Assembly: GCA_964187785.1 (NCBI GenBank)
Contig: OZ076409.1
Span: 78,742,001 to 78,806,000 of the forward strand
Length of the DNA: 64,000 bases
From: Amphiscolops sp. MND2022
Lineage: Eukaryota
Direction of reading: 5' to 3'
The translations under genes and the position numbers were made by a program. Of this stretch, positions 1 to 13,410 are shown piece after piece. Under the pieces are notes generated by a model, which had not been told where the DNA came from, searched no databases, and saw only the letters and a program-made list of their open reading frames with translations. Numbering within the stretch: position 1 is the first letter of the stretch; every line of letters starts with the position of its first letter.

Positions 1-311
1 CTTACGTTATTTCAAATTATTTTAACAGAAGTAAAATATGATGGACTTGATGACCATCATTGAAAACAGAATATTAGTTCGCTGCATAAATAATTCACAT
101 CGCCGAGACTGGACGAGCTGTATAGGATCTATCTATGTTTTTTTAGGCAAAACCACAAAAGAAGAGAACAACTCCAAACCCAAAAGACGAACAAGCTGGA
201 CCGTCCACATGATGGAATGAAACGGAAGAGTCGTCGGAAGACGAGACATATGTAGCATCGGAAGAAATAAAGGATGAATCAACTCCAACGGACACTGCCA
301 TCACAGAAATT

Positions 312-635
312 GTGGAAGACACTGCCGAGTCAGAAGAGGAAAGAGAGTCGAGGCCTGAGGCCAATGAGACGGAAAGCGAGGAAATAGCAATTTCCCAAGA
401 AACGGCAACTCCCCAAGAATTGCCAACTCATCAAGAAACGGCGAACCCGGCAGAAAACAACATTCCTGGAAAAGGAAAGAAGAAGGCCGTGAAGGCATCG
501 GTGTCGTGCCCCCCCCCACAAAGGGAAAGTCGCCGGAGACGACCAACAGAACGCTACGGAATCGATGTAGTGATGAAAATCGACGGAGAAGACAAAAACA
601 AGAAAGCCAAAGAACCTGAAGTCAGAAATATCTGA
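312..635 (+). pseudogene. C-terminal Pol/integrase tail remnant of element A
   Basis: Low-complexity E/T/P-rich ORF with an RxxRxRRPxxRY-like motif; upstream frames are broken by stops. Confidence 0.4.
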
Positions 636-793
636 AACAGAAGAAACATGAAACATTACAACTACATTTATACTTTACCACATTATTACATTATCTTACA
701 GTCATGTAATCTGAAATAAAATAACATTATCAGTTCTGGTACCATTTATTAACATGTAACGAAAAACCCCAGGTGTTATGTCAAAACGGGGAG

Positions 794-854
794 TGTGACA
801 GAGTACTAAAAAGAACAGTTACGCTAAAGATACTAATTACTAACACCTGTCACA
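794..854 (+). repeat. Putative very short (61 bp) 3' LTR of element A
   Basis: Starts TGTGACAG right after the PPT-like tract and ends CTGTCACA (8-bp perfect inverted termini). The partner LTR is outside the window. Confidence 0.45.
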
Positions 855-2879
855 AAAATGCTAGAATGAAATGAAAAACACTACGTTTAGTTGCTGTTGC
901 CTTTACTTTGAGATACAGTTCATAATACATTGTTATCTCCCCTTCTTTCTTCTTTCTTACATTGCCTCTCAGTAGTCTTCAACAGATGCTAAACTGTTTC
1001 AATGTTAATATTAATGTATATATACATTTGCTATTTCTATGTATTTTCTGTTCACTTTCATTGTAACGTCTCAGGTCTTAATTTGTGCCAGTTTGTAAAG
1101 AATGTTTTCAGCCTTTTTCAGGTTTCTTTCTGAAGGCTTTGTACGAGAAAGCCGACGTGACTTGAGACTCAAATCAGATCGCGGTTTTGAACGATTATGA
1201 AAATGAGCAAGCAGTCATTTTTCTGTGGAGCTATTGTTTAGACAAAGTGTATAATAACTCCAATTAGAGCCTGGACCAGTCAGATTTTCGTTCAATTTTT
1301 AATAGTTAAAAATGGGCCGTAAATCGATAAACCGATAACTGTTCTCAAAAACAGAAAAAACTATTTTGAATGCGGTCGAGTTGCAATAAGCTGTACATTT
1401 ACAATTCCAACACTTTCCATCAAAACCAAATCAAGTCTAGAGTTTTGAAACTTAAATTTATGACCAAAGATGCTGAAACATCGTTATCAAGTAGTATATG
1501 TGAATTCTTCTGTGGAATCAGAAAAACGCAAATAACTTTCTGACAGGCAAGGGCTTTTTAACTTTTTATTGTCTGAAAGGTTTAAATGCGATGTTCCGCG
1601 GCTTTTTCTGTTAATCGGTTGAACGAACAATCTTAACGCTAAACGACCCGAGCGTTTTTGCAACTTTTCAAAAAATTGGATTAAAAAATTTAAAATATCA
1701 ATATCTCCACAACTACGCGTACCAGAGAAACGAACTATAGCGCGTTTGAAAGGTCTGATATTGGGCTTTCATTTTGGTCACGTGAGCCCCTGTCGCCGCG
1801 CGCCCCCTCCTTCAGAATTTTAGTTTCTTTTTCCGATACCGCCGCTTCGCATGCAAAATCTTTGACGCATTTAAATTCTAGGAAATTTGATTTTTATAAC
1901 AAATTGGTAGTAGGTTGGAACACTTTATTAACGGTGAATCTCAAGATTTTCAGGCAATCAGTTAACCAATGCAATTTTCTTCGGTTTTAATTGATTCAAT
2001 TCTTTTCAATTATTTCAAATCCATCATTGATTAGTCCCAATTCTACTCAAATTTCAAGCAATGCGGTCAACGGTGTCGTTTTTTGTTCATTTCAGGCATC
2101 TTAAGACCTGTTAATCCTCAAATTCATTGCTTTTTGATCACGCTTATCCCAACAAAGAGATGACTTCCTACAATTGTCCAGGACGGCTGCGTGGAATGAG
2201 CAGCCTCTGCATACAGATAGTACTTACAAACATGGAAAACTTACAAAGAAATGTTGTTTCTAGTAAATCACGTCTCTTGCTGTTTCTCCACAAAATTACG
2301 TCATTATTAATGCGGTTTTACATAAAGTAACAACCAGACCGGTTCAGTAGAGGCTGCCTTTGTTTATTTTGAAATGATTTGATCAAAGTAGAACGTTTTA
2401 CATATTTCGGTGGTATATTAAAGTTGGTATATTGTATATTTTTTATCAAATAGTTGTGACCTTCAGGGTAGGAGTTCGTGGGATGGGTCAGTGTCCAATT
2501 TGACAGGAATGTCTGACTCCCACAGTGGTGTGAAAAGCTTTCAAGCTCACCTCCGTGCATCAATAAATTGGAAGAGAGAGAGAGAGGGGAATTTTCCACG
2601 ATACACTCACATTTTAACTTCAACCATCCCGCAGTAGCCATGGTCACCCTGCCGTAACCTCCTCCTATGTTGGCCCGGCAGGGTAGGAGAGCAGGGGTTA
2701 CAGAGAGAAGTAGAGCCAAGTTGGTGAATTCACAAGAGCGTGAATTTACCTAGCTCGAAGGAATTTTTTTACTGAAAGTGTTGGTGAAAGTAACACCAGT
2801 CATAAGCTAATCTTATTATTTTTTGTTCTTGTCTTGAAATAAACTTTTTGGGAACTTTTTCGGATTGTACTTGATTTAG

Positions 2880-2990
2880 GGCGTCTGCCTGGCAGACACG
2901 AGGTCGTGGGTTCGAAACCGTGCTGATGCGTTACAATTTTAGCGGGAAAAATCCCGGTGCTTAGCGGGCTTCTTGGTCACCCATAGAATC
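2880..2990 (+). repeat. tRNA-derived/SINE-like dispersed repeat fragment
   Basis: B-box-like GGTTCGAAAC at about 2910. The downstream GGGAAAAATCCCGGTGCTTAGCGGGC resembles 16874-16900. No complete cloverleaf. Confidence 0.3.
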
Positions 2991-3059
2991 CAACCAACAA
3001 CCATTTAGTTTCGTGCAATATGTATTTGTATATATTTTTCGCTTTTTCTGGTTGACCCC

Positions 3060-3262
3060 TGTGGAATGTGGCGTGAATGAGTTGAAGGTCAGAAAGTCAT
3101 GCAATTTTAAATAATTATATATGACCGCTTTTATGTTATGTAATGTACCTGCCACCATGCTGTCATTTATTGTAGTCTTACATATAAACACAATCACATA
3201 CGATCGACTACAATTCAGTATTTCATTCCCTACTTTCTTATTCCTACTTATGATATTCAACA
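3060..3262 (+). repeat. 5' LTR of element B
   Basis: TGTGGAAT...TTCAACA; direct repeat of 8856-9073 with many substitutions and an indel. Confidence 0.93.
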
Positions 3263-3274
3263 TGGCGCAGTCAG
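3263..3274 (+). promoter_or_regulatory. Primer binding site, tRNA-Ser-like
   Basis: TGGCGCAGTCAG directly after the LTR; complementary to a ...CTGACTGCGCCA tRNA-Ser 3' end as I recall it from invertebrate tRNAs. Confidence 0.7.
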
Positions 3275-3275
3275 A

Positions 3276-4267
3276 ATGAGTCAAGCGAACGAAAAAAACT
3301 CAGCAGAAACAACAAGCAGACATTCTTCAAGTGTGGAGTCAGGTGAAAAAAAGGAAGAACAAAACACACGAGATAACATTGCCAATATTCGAGAAAAACC
3401 ACCCTAGAGGCAAAGTTATGGTGAAGACGGTTCATACAATACGTCAAGATGACGCAGAAAATCAAATTAAACATGATGACAAGGGATAAAGAATTTATAA
3501 AAGAGTACAGAGAAGAACTGGAGATAAAAATAAAAGATATTTTCATCTGTGCTCTAGGAGAAGAAACAGTAACCGAAATGACGAAAACGGTGAGAGACAA
3601 CGAAGCGAAGAAAACGAACATAAGCCAGCAATATTCACTATTCCGCCTCCATTTCATCCCAGAAAGAAACAAGTTCCACAGCCAGGCAGATTTTTTTTTA
3701 GTGCGAGAACCGAATGAGACAGCCGAAGACGTCTGGACTAGAACTAGTTGCAGTTCTGCAACTGCAGACAGAGAAAAAAATTGTGAATTCGACAACGTTA
3801 GACCAGCCGAGCTAAGTTTTTATCACTGATCGAAAGCTCAACGGGAGATTAAGAATTTAAAAAAAAGATACGGAAGAGCAACATGACCATTGAAACAAAC
3901 ACCGATCTAATACACGATTATATGTACGACCGGTTGAATGACTCAAACAACTCAAATGACGGAAGAAATGTGGAGTACGTACAAAAAGGCAGAAAAGAGG
4001 AGATGGTTAGAAATATCTGGATACGAAAAGAACAAAAAGCGACCGGAGTATCAAAGGAAAAAGTACAAAGACAACCGTTGCGGACCATTTGGAGCACCAT
4101 ACTGGTCAAGACAACACATGTGTCCAGACAGAACGGCAGAGTGCCGTAACTGCAGAAAGAAAGGACACTACGAAAAAATGTGTAGAGTCCTGAAAAAGAT
4201 CCAAAAGACAAAGCATCATTATCGGCTGACGAGGAAAACTGGGATTACAACAAAGTACAGAGTATAA
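3276..4267 (+). pseudogene. gag: gag of element B (frameshifted)
   Basis: ATG at 3276; fragments 3449-3829 and 3938-4267; zinc knuckle CRNCRKKGHYEKMC preceded by a degenerate second knuckle. Confidence 0.85.
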
Positions 4268-4279
4268 ACAACAACAACA

Positions 4280-7200
4280 AAGATTAAAGGAGATTACTTT
4301 CACGCAACGCCATTGGTCAATGACGTACCAATAATGTTTATAACAGACAGCGGATCACCAGTTACACTAATACCCCAACACCTCTTCAACGACATCTCAG
4401 AAGTGACAAAGTTACACACCAGTTACAAAAATGTAAACGATAACAAGAATTTCTGGGGCAAACAAAAGCAACGGTATAAACAAACAACACGACACTATAA
4501 TTACCCCTTTATTACCAAAGCCAGTATAACACAGTTGATGGGATTGGATTGAAACGGCTTGGAATAGTACAACACAACAACGGACAGTATCAAAATACAT
4601 AATATAAAACTAGACGACACCGAAAGGAAAATCCTAAAATTTAAGAACGAATTCAAAGATTTCTTTTACAACAACACAGATAGTGAAAAACTTGTCGGTG
4701 AAAACGAATCGGAAAGAAGACGCAAATATATTACACTAGAAGGGGAGACAAATACCGATACATCTACAAGATCCAGTAGCAGATGAAATTAAACAACTAA
4801 TAAAAAATGGCTACTTGGAAAGAGCAACCGAAATAACCGAAGACTGCTTCGTGAGCCCTGTAGTCATCACGGTAAAAAAGACAAATCGATAAAAATTGCC
4901 AAAGATTCAAGAAAATTAACGAAGCAACAATAAAGAGAAAAACCAGAAGCCAAACATGGAGGAAGTAATATCAAGAATATCACGCAAGATATCGGAAGAA
5001 AAAGAAAGCGAAATCTGGAGAACAAAACTAGACTTCGATTGCGCACACGGTCAGATCAAATTGGACGAAGAAACAAGAAACCTTTGTATAATCACTGTTA
5101 CAGGAGGAGAATTCACTGGATACTACCGTTTCTTAAAGGGAGTCTACGGACTGGCAGATATACCAACTATCTTCCAGGAACGGATCGACAAAACATTAGA
5201 ATTCAAACACCCCGCTTGGCTGGATGAAATCATAATTGTGACCAAAGGAACAATAGAAAAACATGAAGCGGAGGTAAAAGGAACCATTAAAAAAATAGAA
5301 AACGGCAGGTACAAATTACACCCAAACAAATGTGAAGTTTTCAAAGAAGAAGTAGAATAGGTGGGACACCGAATAGCTCAAAACGGGATCAGACCACTAC
5401 AACACAAACTAGAACCGATAGCAAAGATAGACAAACCAAAGAACGAGAAAGAGTTGAAATCCTTCCTAGGAGCAATTCAATACCTATCGAAACATATAGA
5501 AAATCTCCCAGCGCAAACAGATATTCTCAGAAAATTGCTTCAAAAACAAAACGAATGGAACTGGACACATGAACACACGGAGGCGTTCAACTAATCACAC
5601 AGATACCATTCCTAGCACACTACAACTCAGACAGTGAGAACATTCTAATATCAGATGCAAGTACGAAGGGATTGGGATTGACACTCTGGCAGAAACAGAA
5701 AGACGGAAATTTGAAACCGATTGGACTCGCGAGTAGATTTTTATCGGACACTGAGAAGAAATACGCAATAAACGAACTGGAACTATTAGTCGTGGTATGG
5801 GACTGGAACATTTTCGCTTTCACATATACGGAAAGCAAATTGAATTACTAACCGATCATCAAACACTGCAGCCCTTAAATAAAAAGGAACAGGTCAAATA
5901 AAACGTACAGCGCAAAACTAACAAGATGGTTAGACAAGCTAGCACCTTTTGATTGAATAAGTAAAGCACATCGCAGGGAAACATTCAAATCTGACGGATT
6001 ATCTGAGCAGAAATCCAATAGCAAAGCCGGTGCAAAGTGAGAATAACGACGAAGAGTACGTAATCAATTGCATAATACCCTTAGTGGAGATCATTTACAC
6101 TCACGGCAGCATCACCGATGAAAAAAGCGACTTCACGAACGGACGAAACAATAGCACAGCAGACAACAAACCAATCACAAGCGAGAATCATGAACAAACA
6201 GCCACTCAATAAGAGTCAACTGAACAAACACAAGTGATTCCAAACATCGCTACCTAAAGTACCAAGTGAATCAAACTCTGAAATTCAAAACTGCCAAAAC
6301 AAAATGGATGCTAAAATGGTAGAAAACATCGGAAAGGACGACCCTTACGAAGAAACCTTACAACTTACCACAAGATGGGAAGAAATTGCCAAGCCAGGCG
6401 GTTATCGATTCACACAAGGACAGTGGCGAAAAAACACCCCACCCAGAACACTGCGAGCAGAAAAAAGGATTGAAGTGGAACTGTGGTAGAAACAAAAGAA
6501 AATTATCTGGCAAGGAATGGAGAACAACAGCAGGGAAACACAGGAGGAGGCAGACAGAAAAAGCGAGTTCCGCAGAGTTGTTGAGAAAATCAGGAACATG
6601 CCGAAAAGAGACGAAGCAGGAACCAGTAGCAGCAATACCCAACAACCACCAGACAGGGATTAAGAGCTGAGAAAACAACAAAGAGACGAGATTGAAACGA
6701 TGTCTTCCGATTCTGACCTAACTATCGCAGTGTCGGCAATAAATTTCAAAAGGTGTCTCGGAGCGACCACTGTGAGATACATCCACATGTCAACGGCAAG
6801 CAAGATGCAATACGACAATCAATGGACTTAGAAGAATCTGTGAGACAGATAGAACAGAAATTCTCTACTGATTACCGATTACGGACCATTGTAGACGAGA
6901 CCACCAATGACGAAAAAAAACTAATAACACTGGTATGCTTAGAACGCAGAAACCTGGAACAAATACAGGACGAGTATAAAGACCACAAAAAGAACCTATC
7001 AACGAGGTTCGGAGTCGCCGTCTACGAAGATACAAGTGTAGTGCCCAAAGACCTAAGAAAAACAGTCATCATGCTATCACATGATGAATCACGCAGCTCG
7101 ACATTTATGGTGGCCAAAATTGATCAAGGATATACAAGCCAAGTGCAACGAATGCATCTCCTGCAAAATGACAGGCAAGGGCATCAAGACTAAATTGCCA

Positions 7201-8045
7201 AAGACCGAAATTAACTATCTACCACCGGTAGAGAAACCAAACCAAGAAATCCAATTGGGTTTCATTGGACCAGTACGATTTAAGCACCGGAGAATTTACA
7301 TACAAGTATCGATTGACCGGTATAGTAGATGGCCGGCAGCATGCAATGGCGAAGCCCCCACCAGTAAAACAGCGAAAATTTTTGTAGAACAATATAAACT
7401 ACTAAACGGAATCACACAAACGATTAGAACAGCTAAAAGGACAGCCTTTACTGGAAAAAACTTTCGACAAATGTGCAAAAACTTGCACATAAAATTAATA
7501 CATGGCACGCCATATTCTCACACAGCCACCGGTCTAAGAGAAAGGGGGATAAAAATCCTAAAAGATCTAACGAGAACAAACTTGGAGGACAATTGTATTC
7601 TAAATGAGGCATTTCTCTATTCATTAATGGTAATGTGAACGACAGTCCGTTCCAAACTAAAAGAAACACCATTCGAACGTCATTATGTTAGAAAACCACG
7701 AACAGAATTAACTATTTTTGTAAACCTACCAACTGATAATTACAATCTATTGGAAACACTACAGGTCTATTCTTCAACAACGGAAAAGAAGGCTTTGACC
7801 AACTGATCATGAAGACGCCAAGACGACTGAATTGCGATGTTAGTAACAAATTTCCGTATAAATTCCTTGAGAAAAAAAAACAAAACAAAAAGAAATTCGG
7901 AAGCCAATACCAAACAAAGCCACAAACAGCAGTCGCTGGAATAAAACATATGATAACTAAGGACCCAAATATAATAATACACCAAAAACTAGTAAGTAAA
8001 CCTTTTCCAAACTCACTTCAGAACCCTTTATCTCGCCGGGAGTAA
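4280..8045 (+). pseudogene. pol: pol of element B (PR, RT, RNase H, IN; many stops and frameshifts)
   Basis: Protease FITDSGS; RT KLDFD..., YGLADIPTIFQ, WLDE; RNase H ISDAST; integrase HLWWP..CNECISC, IDRYSRW. Confidence 0.9.
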
Positions 8046-8855
8046 AACAAGACAGGAATGAATGGAAGATTTATTCAGATGTCCCTACCCTCATTAAACA
8101 CAGAGGAAGACGACGAAGAGGAATTTCAGTCAGAAACGGAGGGCAGAAGAGGGAGCACGCCGGCAAGAGAAACATCGACCGAACAAATGGATGCAAGCTT
8201 CGACTTCACTCCAACACCAAACCAAAACAACTCCGAAGTAACTCACCAGAATCGCCAGGTGCAAGTGTCTTGAAACTGCAGGTAGACAGGATGACGGATC
8301 AACAGCTAGAACATGCTATAGAGACATCAACGAGGGCCCAACAACAACCACAATCTTCGATTATAACGGTGAAGAAAACCAATGAAAAAACAGTAATAAT
8401 TGTAATACCAAAAACAAACGAAACAGCAACAATAATAACCAGATTGGAAGATCTTCAAGAATAGGATCCAATAATCCAATAGTAGGATCTGGAAGCCCGT
8501 TAACACATTAAAATTTACTGGGAAGACCGTTGAGAAGATCAACAACCAGATGAACCAGTCACAGAAGAAATAAACAGCAACTGGTTGAAAAGAAGGAAGA
8601 GTGAAAATGTATCCAGATGATACAGACATCACCGGAATATTCGCGGTTCTGCAGCCATTGGAATAGCCACAACTTTATGTTTACACAATACAGCAAATCA
8701 ACTTGCCAACTCTGAAGCTACTGACTAGCTGAAAAACCCATGTAATCTACAACTATGTATTTGCCAATTTATTGATTAATCCATTGTCAAAACAAGTTGT
8801 ACAAGCCTTTGACTTATCTTTATTAAGGTGAATAATTTGCCCAAAGTGGGGGGAA

Positions 8856-9073
8856 TGTGGAATAAGGCGTTAATGAGTTGAAGGTCAGAAAGTCATGCAG
8901 TTCTAAATAATCATTTATAACCGCTTTCATGTTATGTAATAATACGCTTTCATGTGTACCTGCCACAATGCTGACGTTTATTGTAGTATTATATATAGAC
9001 ACAATCACATACGATCGACTACATTTCAGTACTACATTCCCTACTTTCTTATTCCTACTTATGATTTTCAACA
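8856..9073 (+). repeat. 3' LTR of element B
   Basis: Follows the PPT; TGTGGAAT...TTCAACA; followed by TSD ACCCC. Confidence 0.93.
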
Positions 9074-9224
9074 ACCCCATAATGATCCCAAAATAACCAA
9101 AAAGTGAAAAAAATTAGGGAATCAGCGTTTTTCTCAATTTTCGACACTTTGATGCACTTTCAGTACAACTTCTGGATGTTGTGGCGGGTATTACTACACA
9201 CAGTGTTCAAACTTGAAATGGTTA

Positions 9225-9394
9225 TTTAGGTTTCTTAGAAAGTCCCTAATTTTATTTGTCTAAACCTAAACGAAAATCGCAGCTGTGACAAAGTTTGAAT
9301 GAAGTAGCTGTATTATTCACATCAAACACAATAACTAAACAACTGAACATGATTACATAATAGCGTAATACTTAGCTTGCATAAGAAGTCAACA
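9225..9394 (-). repeat. 3' LTR of element C
   Basis: Direct repeat of 16082-16253; on the - strand it starts TGTTGAC after a purine-rich tract (GGAGGACGGAAG). Confidence 0.92.
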
Positions 9395-9529
9395 CGGCTT
9401 CCGTCCTCCAAGACGGAGTCCACATGTAAGGTGTGTGATCATCAGGTTACACTAGCTTACAACTGCGATTTTTATTGGTACAAGAAAGTTTAACAAAAAC
9501 GTTTTTTAAAATGAATAAGTTTAAAATGT

Positions 9530-12500
9530 TTAAGGTTTTTGTTGTCGTCGGCATCGGGTGTCATTCGGTTCGGTATCTGCGGGTTCTACAATCGTTACAC
9601 TTTTTGTTGTTGAAGTTCTGCAGCTTGGACAAAACCATGTTGTTAATGGAAGTTTTCGGAGTGATACACAGTCATAATGATACCATGCAATTTTGCAGTT
9701 GTTGTTGCAACATTTGATCACTTCCCTGTTATACGGTTGTTGGCAATAGCAATAAACTTCGGTGGTTACTGTGGATGACTGCAGGTGATGGTGCTTATTC
9801 TTTTGGCGATCGAATGATATTGTGCAAGGTTTGAGGCGCTGAATGCTGACGATGGTCGTTGTTTTTCTTGATTGTTGCTGTAGATGATTCTCTGTTGATT
9901 TTGATGAGTTCGTGAGGTCCAGTGTAAGGTGCTTCCAAAGGTTGCTTTACTCGGTCGACGCGCAACCAAACGAATTTGCAGTTGTCTAGTGCACCTGGGA
10001 TGAAGGTCTTTCGTGTTGAATGTTGTCTGAAATCTTTTGTGAAAGCTAGTTGTTCGAGGTTGTCCTGAAGGTTTTTGATGAAGACGAGAGTGACGGGTGC
10101 TGTCTTTTCTGCAACTGTTGTCGGGTAAAGTACATCTAGTCCTGTTGTGGCTGCTAGTGGTGAAATGAAATTGCTGTCTGGTTTTGACCTCAATCCGAAA
10201 AAAACTACGGGTAGTGCTGCTATCCAGTCGGTCTTTGATGACATTAACGCTGTTTTGAGGGTTCGATGAAATTGTTCCACTTTTCCATTGCTCTGTGGAT
10301 GATATGAAATTGTACGGAGTCTGCAAAATCCTAGAGTTTGAGAAAGTTGAGCGAACAGTTGACTTTCAAATTGGGTTCCACGGTCAGTCGTGATGTACAA
10401 TGGTACTCCGAAGTGAGAAAACCAGGATGTGAGAAAAGCGTGGCAAACTTCTTCGGCTGTGATGGAATGTACTGGGTGGGCTTCAATCCAATTGGTGCTG
10501 CGGTCGATGAAGTTAACAAGGTATCGAAATGGCGAATTGTTGATTGCAGGTAGTGGTCCTACGATATCCATGTGAACGTGGGTAAAACGGGCGACGGCTT
10601 CATTGAGTTGGCATGTTGGATGATGTATATGATGTATATATGAGGAGTGATTTTCATCTGTTGGCAAGTGAGGCAGTTGTGCCACCATTCTTTGATAGTG
10701 CGTTGAGCAATGGGCCACGTGAAGCGGGCGAGTATCATACGTGACGTTGATTTCTAGTTGCTGTGGCAAAGGTTGTGGAATTGGGTGAAGATTGGATAAC
10801 GGTATTGTTCGGGCAGAATAGGGCGCGGAAGAATACTTCTATCACAGGTGAGAGTCGTGGTTCCGATGTTGATCATCTGTAATCCATGTTGGTATTGTTC
10901 TGACATCTGTTGTTGAAATGAAGTGTCTTGAAGGCCTACAATTCTTGGTAGAGCATTGGTGTCGATGGAAACTGTTGATGTTGATCCTACGGTTAATGAT
11001 GTGTCGTCGGTTGGTGGTCGAGAAAGGCAGTCGGCTAAAACATTTATTGATCCTGAGATATGTTGAATTTCGTCGTTGTATTCTGCTAGTAGAGAAAACT
11101 GTCGAGACTGTCGAGGGTTGTTGGTGTTGGTTTGGCTTCGTTGAAAAGAACAGGTGATGGGTTTGTGGTCTGTGAAAACAACGGTATGGCGTCCTTCAAT
11201 CAGATAATTGAACTTTAGTGTTGCTGCGAAGATAGCGAGGAGTTCCTTATCAAATGTGCTGTAATTTCTTTCGGCGGCAGTGAGTCGGCGAGAGAAAAAT
11301 GCAATAGGGCGGCAGCTGTTGTCTGTTATCTCGTGTAAGGCGGCTCCCATGGCTGAATCAGAAGCATCTGTAGTAAAAGAGAGTGTTGAGTTTTCTGTGA
11401 GGTGATGAAGAAGTGTTGCATTAGCGAGTGCGGTCTTCAAAGTAGAGAAGGCTTTGCGGTGATCTTCTAACATGATGAAAGGTGTTGGTGCTGATTGCTG
11501 TTGGCAATTCTTCCGGCGGTAGGATTGTTTCGGCTGGGTTGCGTGGAGAAGTTGTTGTAGTGGTTCAACTATATGTGCGTAGTGTGGGATATGTTGTCGA
11601 TAAAATGAGAACATTCCCATATAACGTCGAAGTTCCTGGTAATCTGTTGGTTCAGATAGTTCTGCGAGAGTCTTTGTCCTTGCTGACTGTGGTTTGATTT
11701 CTTCCGATGTTATGGTGTATCCTAAAAAGTCGATTTGGTGTTGTATCCATATCCATTGGCATTTTTTGAAGTTAACGCGTAGACCAAACTTCTCGAAGCG
11801 GGTGAAGAGTTCTGTTAGTGCGTTGATGTGATCAACCAAATTGTTGCTGGCGACGAGTATATCATCGGCGTAGGCGAACACATCTGGCAATGCGTTGGTG
11901 ACTTCGTTGATGAATCGTTGGAAAGTTTTACCGGCGTTCTTGAGTCCGAAAGGCATGCGAAGAAACTCGAAGAGTCAGAAAGGAGTCGTGATGGCTGTCT
12001 TTTCAATGTCGTCGGGTGCATGGGAATTTGGTGATAAGCTTTGACTAAGTCTGGTTTGCTGAAAAAATGTTTGTCGTGAAGTGCGAACGATGAAAGCTGT
12101 GGCAGTGGGTAAGAATCGCGAACGGTGACTTGGATGAGGGCGCGGTAGTCTCCACACGGTCTCCAGTCTCCGGGGTCTTTTTTCGGTACCATATGCAGAG
12201 GCGATGCATATGGGCTTTTCGATGGTCGGATGATTCCTGAGCGTTGCATTTCGTCGAAAGAAGATTTGGCGATAGATAGCTTTCCAGGGCAAAGCTTCCT
12301 AGGCGTACAAAAAGTAGGTTGAGACGAAACAGCGATGCGATGAGTGGTATTGTGAGTACATGGCGTGTTGAAGACGGCGTCTCCAAAAACTGATGAATGC
12401 TGTTCCATTATCTTTCTGAGAGCTGTGTCGGTCTCTTGAGACAGGTCCAGAGAAACGGCAAGAACAGGGCTGTGACTTGGCGGTGCGGGTGAATTGTTGC

Positions 12501-12890
12501 GTGTCGAAGTGAAGCTTGTGACGTTGTCGGTTACTGTTAAGTTGCGGCAGTTGATATATATGTCTTTGTCTTCGAGGAAATCCAGTCCTAGAATGTTGTC
12601 GTTGACGTCGGCGATGTAGAAGGTGAAATTGTAGTTGCGTCGGAGGGAGGGTAGGACGATTGTGAGGGTCATTTTTCCGTGATCTTTGATACGGTCTCCG
12701 TTTACTGTTTTGAGATTCGTTGAGGTCGGCGTGGCGTAATCGGTGTTGACGAGCGTTGATTTGATGATTGATACCATAGATCCAGTGTCGGCAATGAAAG
12801 TAGTCTTCTGTGAGTTGATTTGGGCGGCAAGGCGGATGCAAATAAGATCCCCAATCGTTGCCGCGCACACGAGTGGGGCTATTCGTTTCC
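9530..12890 (-). pseudogene. pol: pol of element C (PR, RT, RNase H, IN, PHD), frameshifted
   Basis: FIADTGS protease; [16 protein letters not shown] and YADD RT; TDAS RNase H; HMDIVGPLP, TTDRGTQFES and GKVE integrase; GPH...VSIQRLKP tail. Confidence 0.92.
9620..9760 (-). other. ING-type PHD finger at the integrase C-terminus
   Basis: YCYCQQPYNREVIKCCNNNCKIAWYHYDCVSLRKLPLTTWFCPSC has C4HC3 spacing and lies in frame with the IN-tail VSIQRLKP. Confidence 0.9.
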
Positions 12891-12891
12891 C
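12885..12891 (-). promoter_or_regulatory. Putative -1 ribosomal frameshift heptamer G GGA AAC (gag-pol, element C)
   Basis: X XXY YYZ in the gag frame, one sense codon before the gag stop; pol is in the -1 frame; a CCCCA...TGGGG stem lies downstream. Confidence 0.7.
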
Positions 12892-13410
12892 TGTGCGGCG
12901 AGTGATTGTGCGCGAGATGACAATTCGATATGTGCGGGTTTTGGTCCAGGCCACTTACACCAGGGCTTACAACGTTTGGCGGAGTTAGCGAAAAACAAGT
13001 GAAAGCGGCAACTTTTCGGTCGTTGTCCGGGCGAGAATGGCTGAATATTGTTGTCGGCTGTGCTGTTTCTTGGCGTTAAAGGCGGTTGGCAAGTATAGGA
13101 CGATGACGATGAGTGCTGTGTGGCGTAAACGTGCGTGTTGTCCTGAAAAGTGTCCTTCGAGTAGCTGTATATGGTGTCGGCTAGTTTGGCGAATTTGTCG
13201 GGTGGCAGGTCCAAAGGTGCGGAAAGTGAGGAACGCGTTGAGATTGGCATAGCTTGCATAAGGCGGTGTTTGATTACATCGTTGTCCATTGTCAGATGAC
13301 GTTCTGAAAGCTTGCGCTGGATGTGCAAGAGGCAAACTGAGGGCTTTTGTCCATCCAGTGAAATCGTTCCTAATGCTTCTTGAATCAGTTCTGTTTTTGA
13401 TTTCTGGTAG

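Larger units (their letters stand above)
1..854 (+). mobile_element. 3' end of an LTR retrotransposon (element A), truncated by the window edge
   Basis: An acidic ORF ending in the RESRRRRPTERYG motif typical of gypsy Pol/IN tails is followed by a purine-rich tract (AAAACGGGGAG, 783-793) and a TGTGACAG...CTGTCACA bounded unit. Confidence 0.55.
3060..9073 (+). mobile_element. Ty3/gypsy LTR retrotransposon B, full length but decayed (Mag-like gag knuckles)
   Basis: Two diverged LTRs (TG...CA), 5-bp TSD ACCCC (3055-3059 and 9074-9078), PBS, PPT AAAGTGGGGGGAA (8843-8855), and PR-RT-RH-IN order in fragmented ORFs. Confidence 0.95.
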
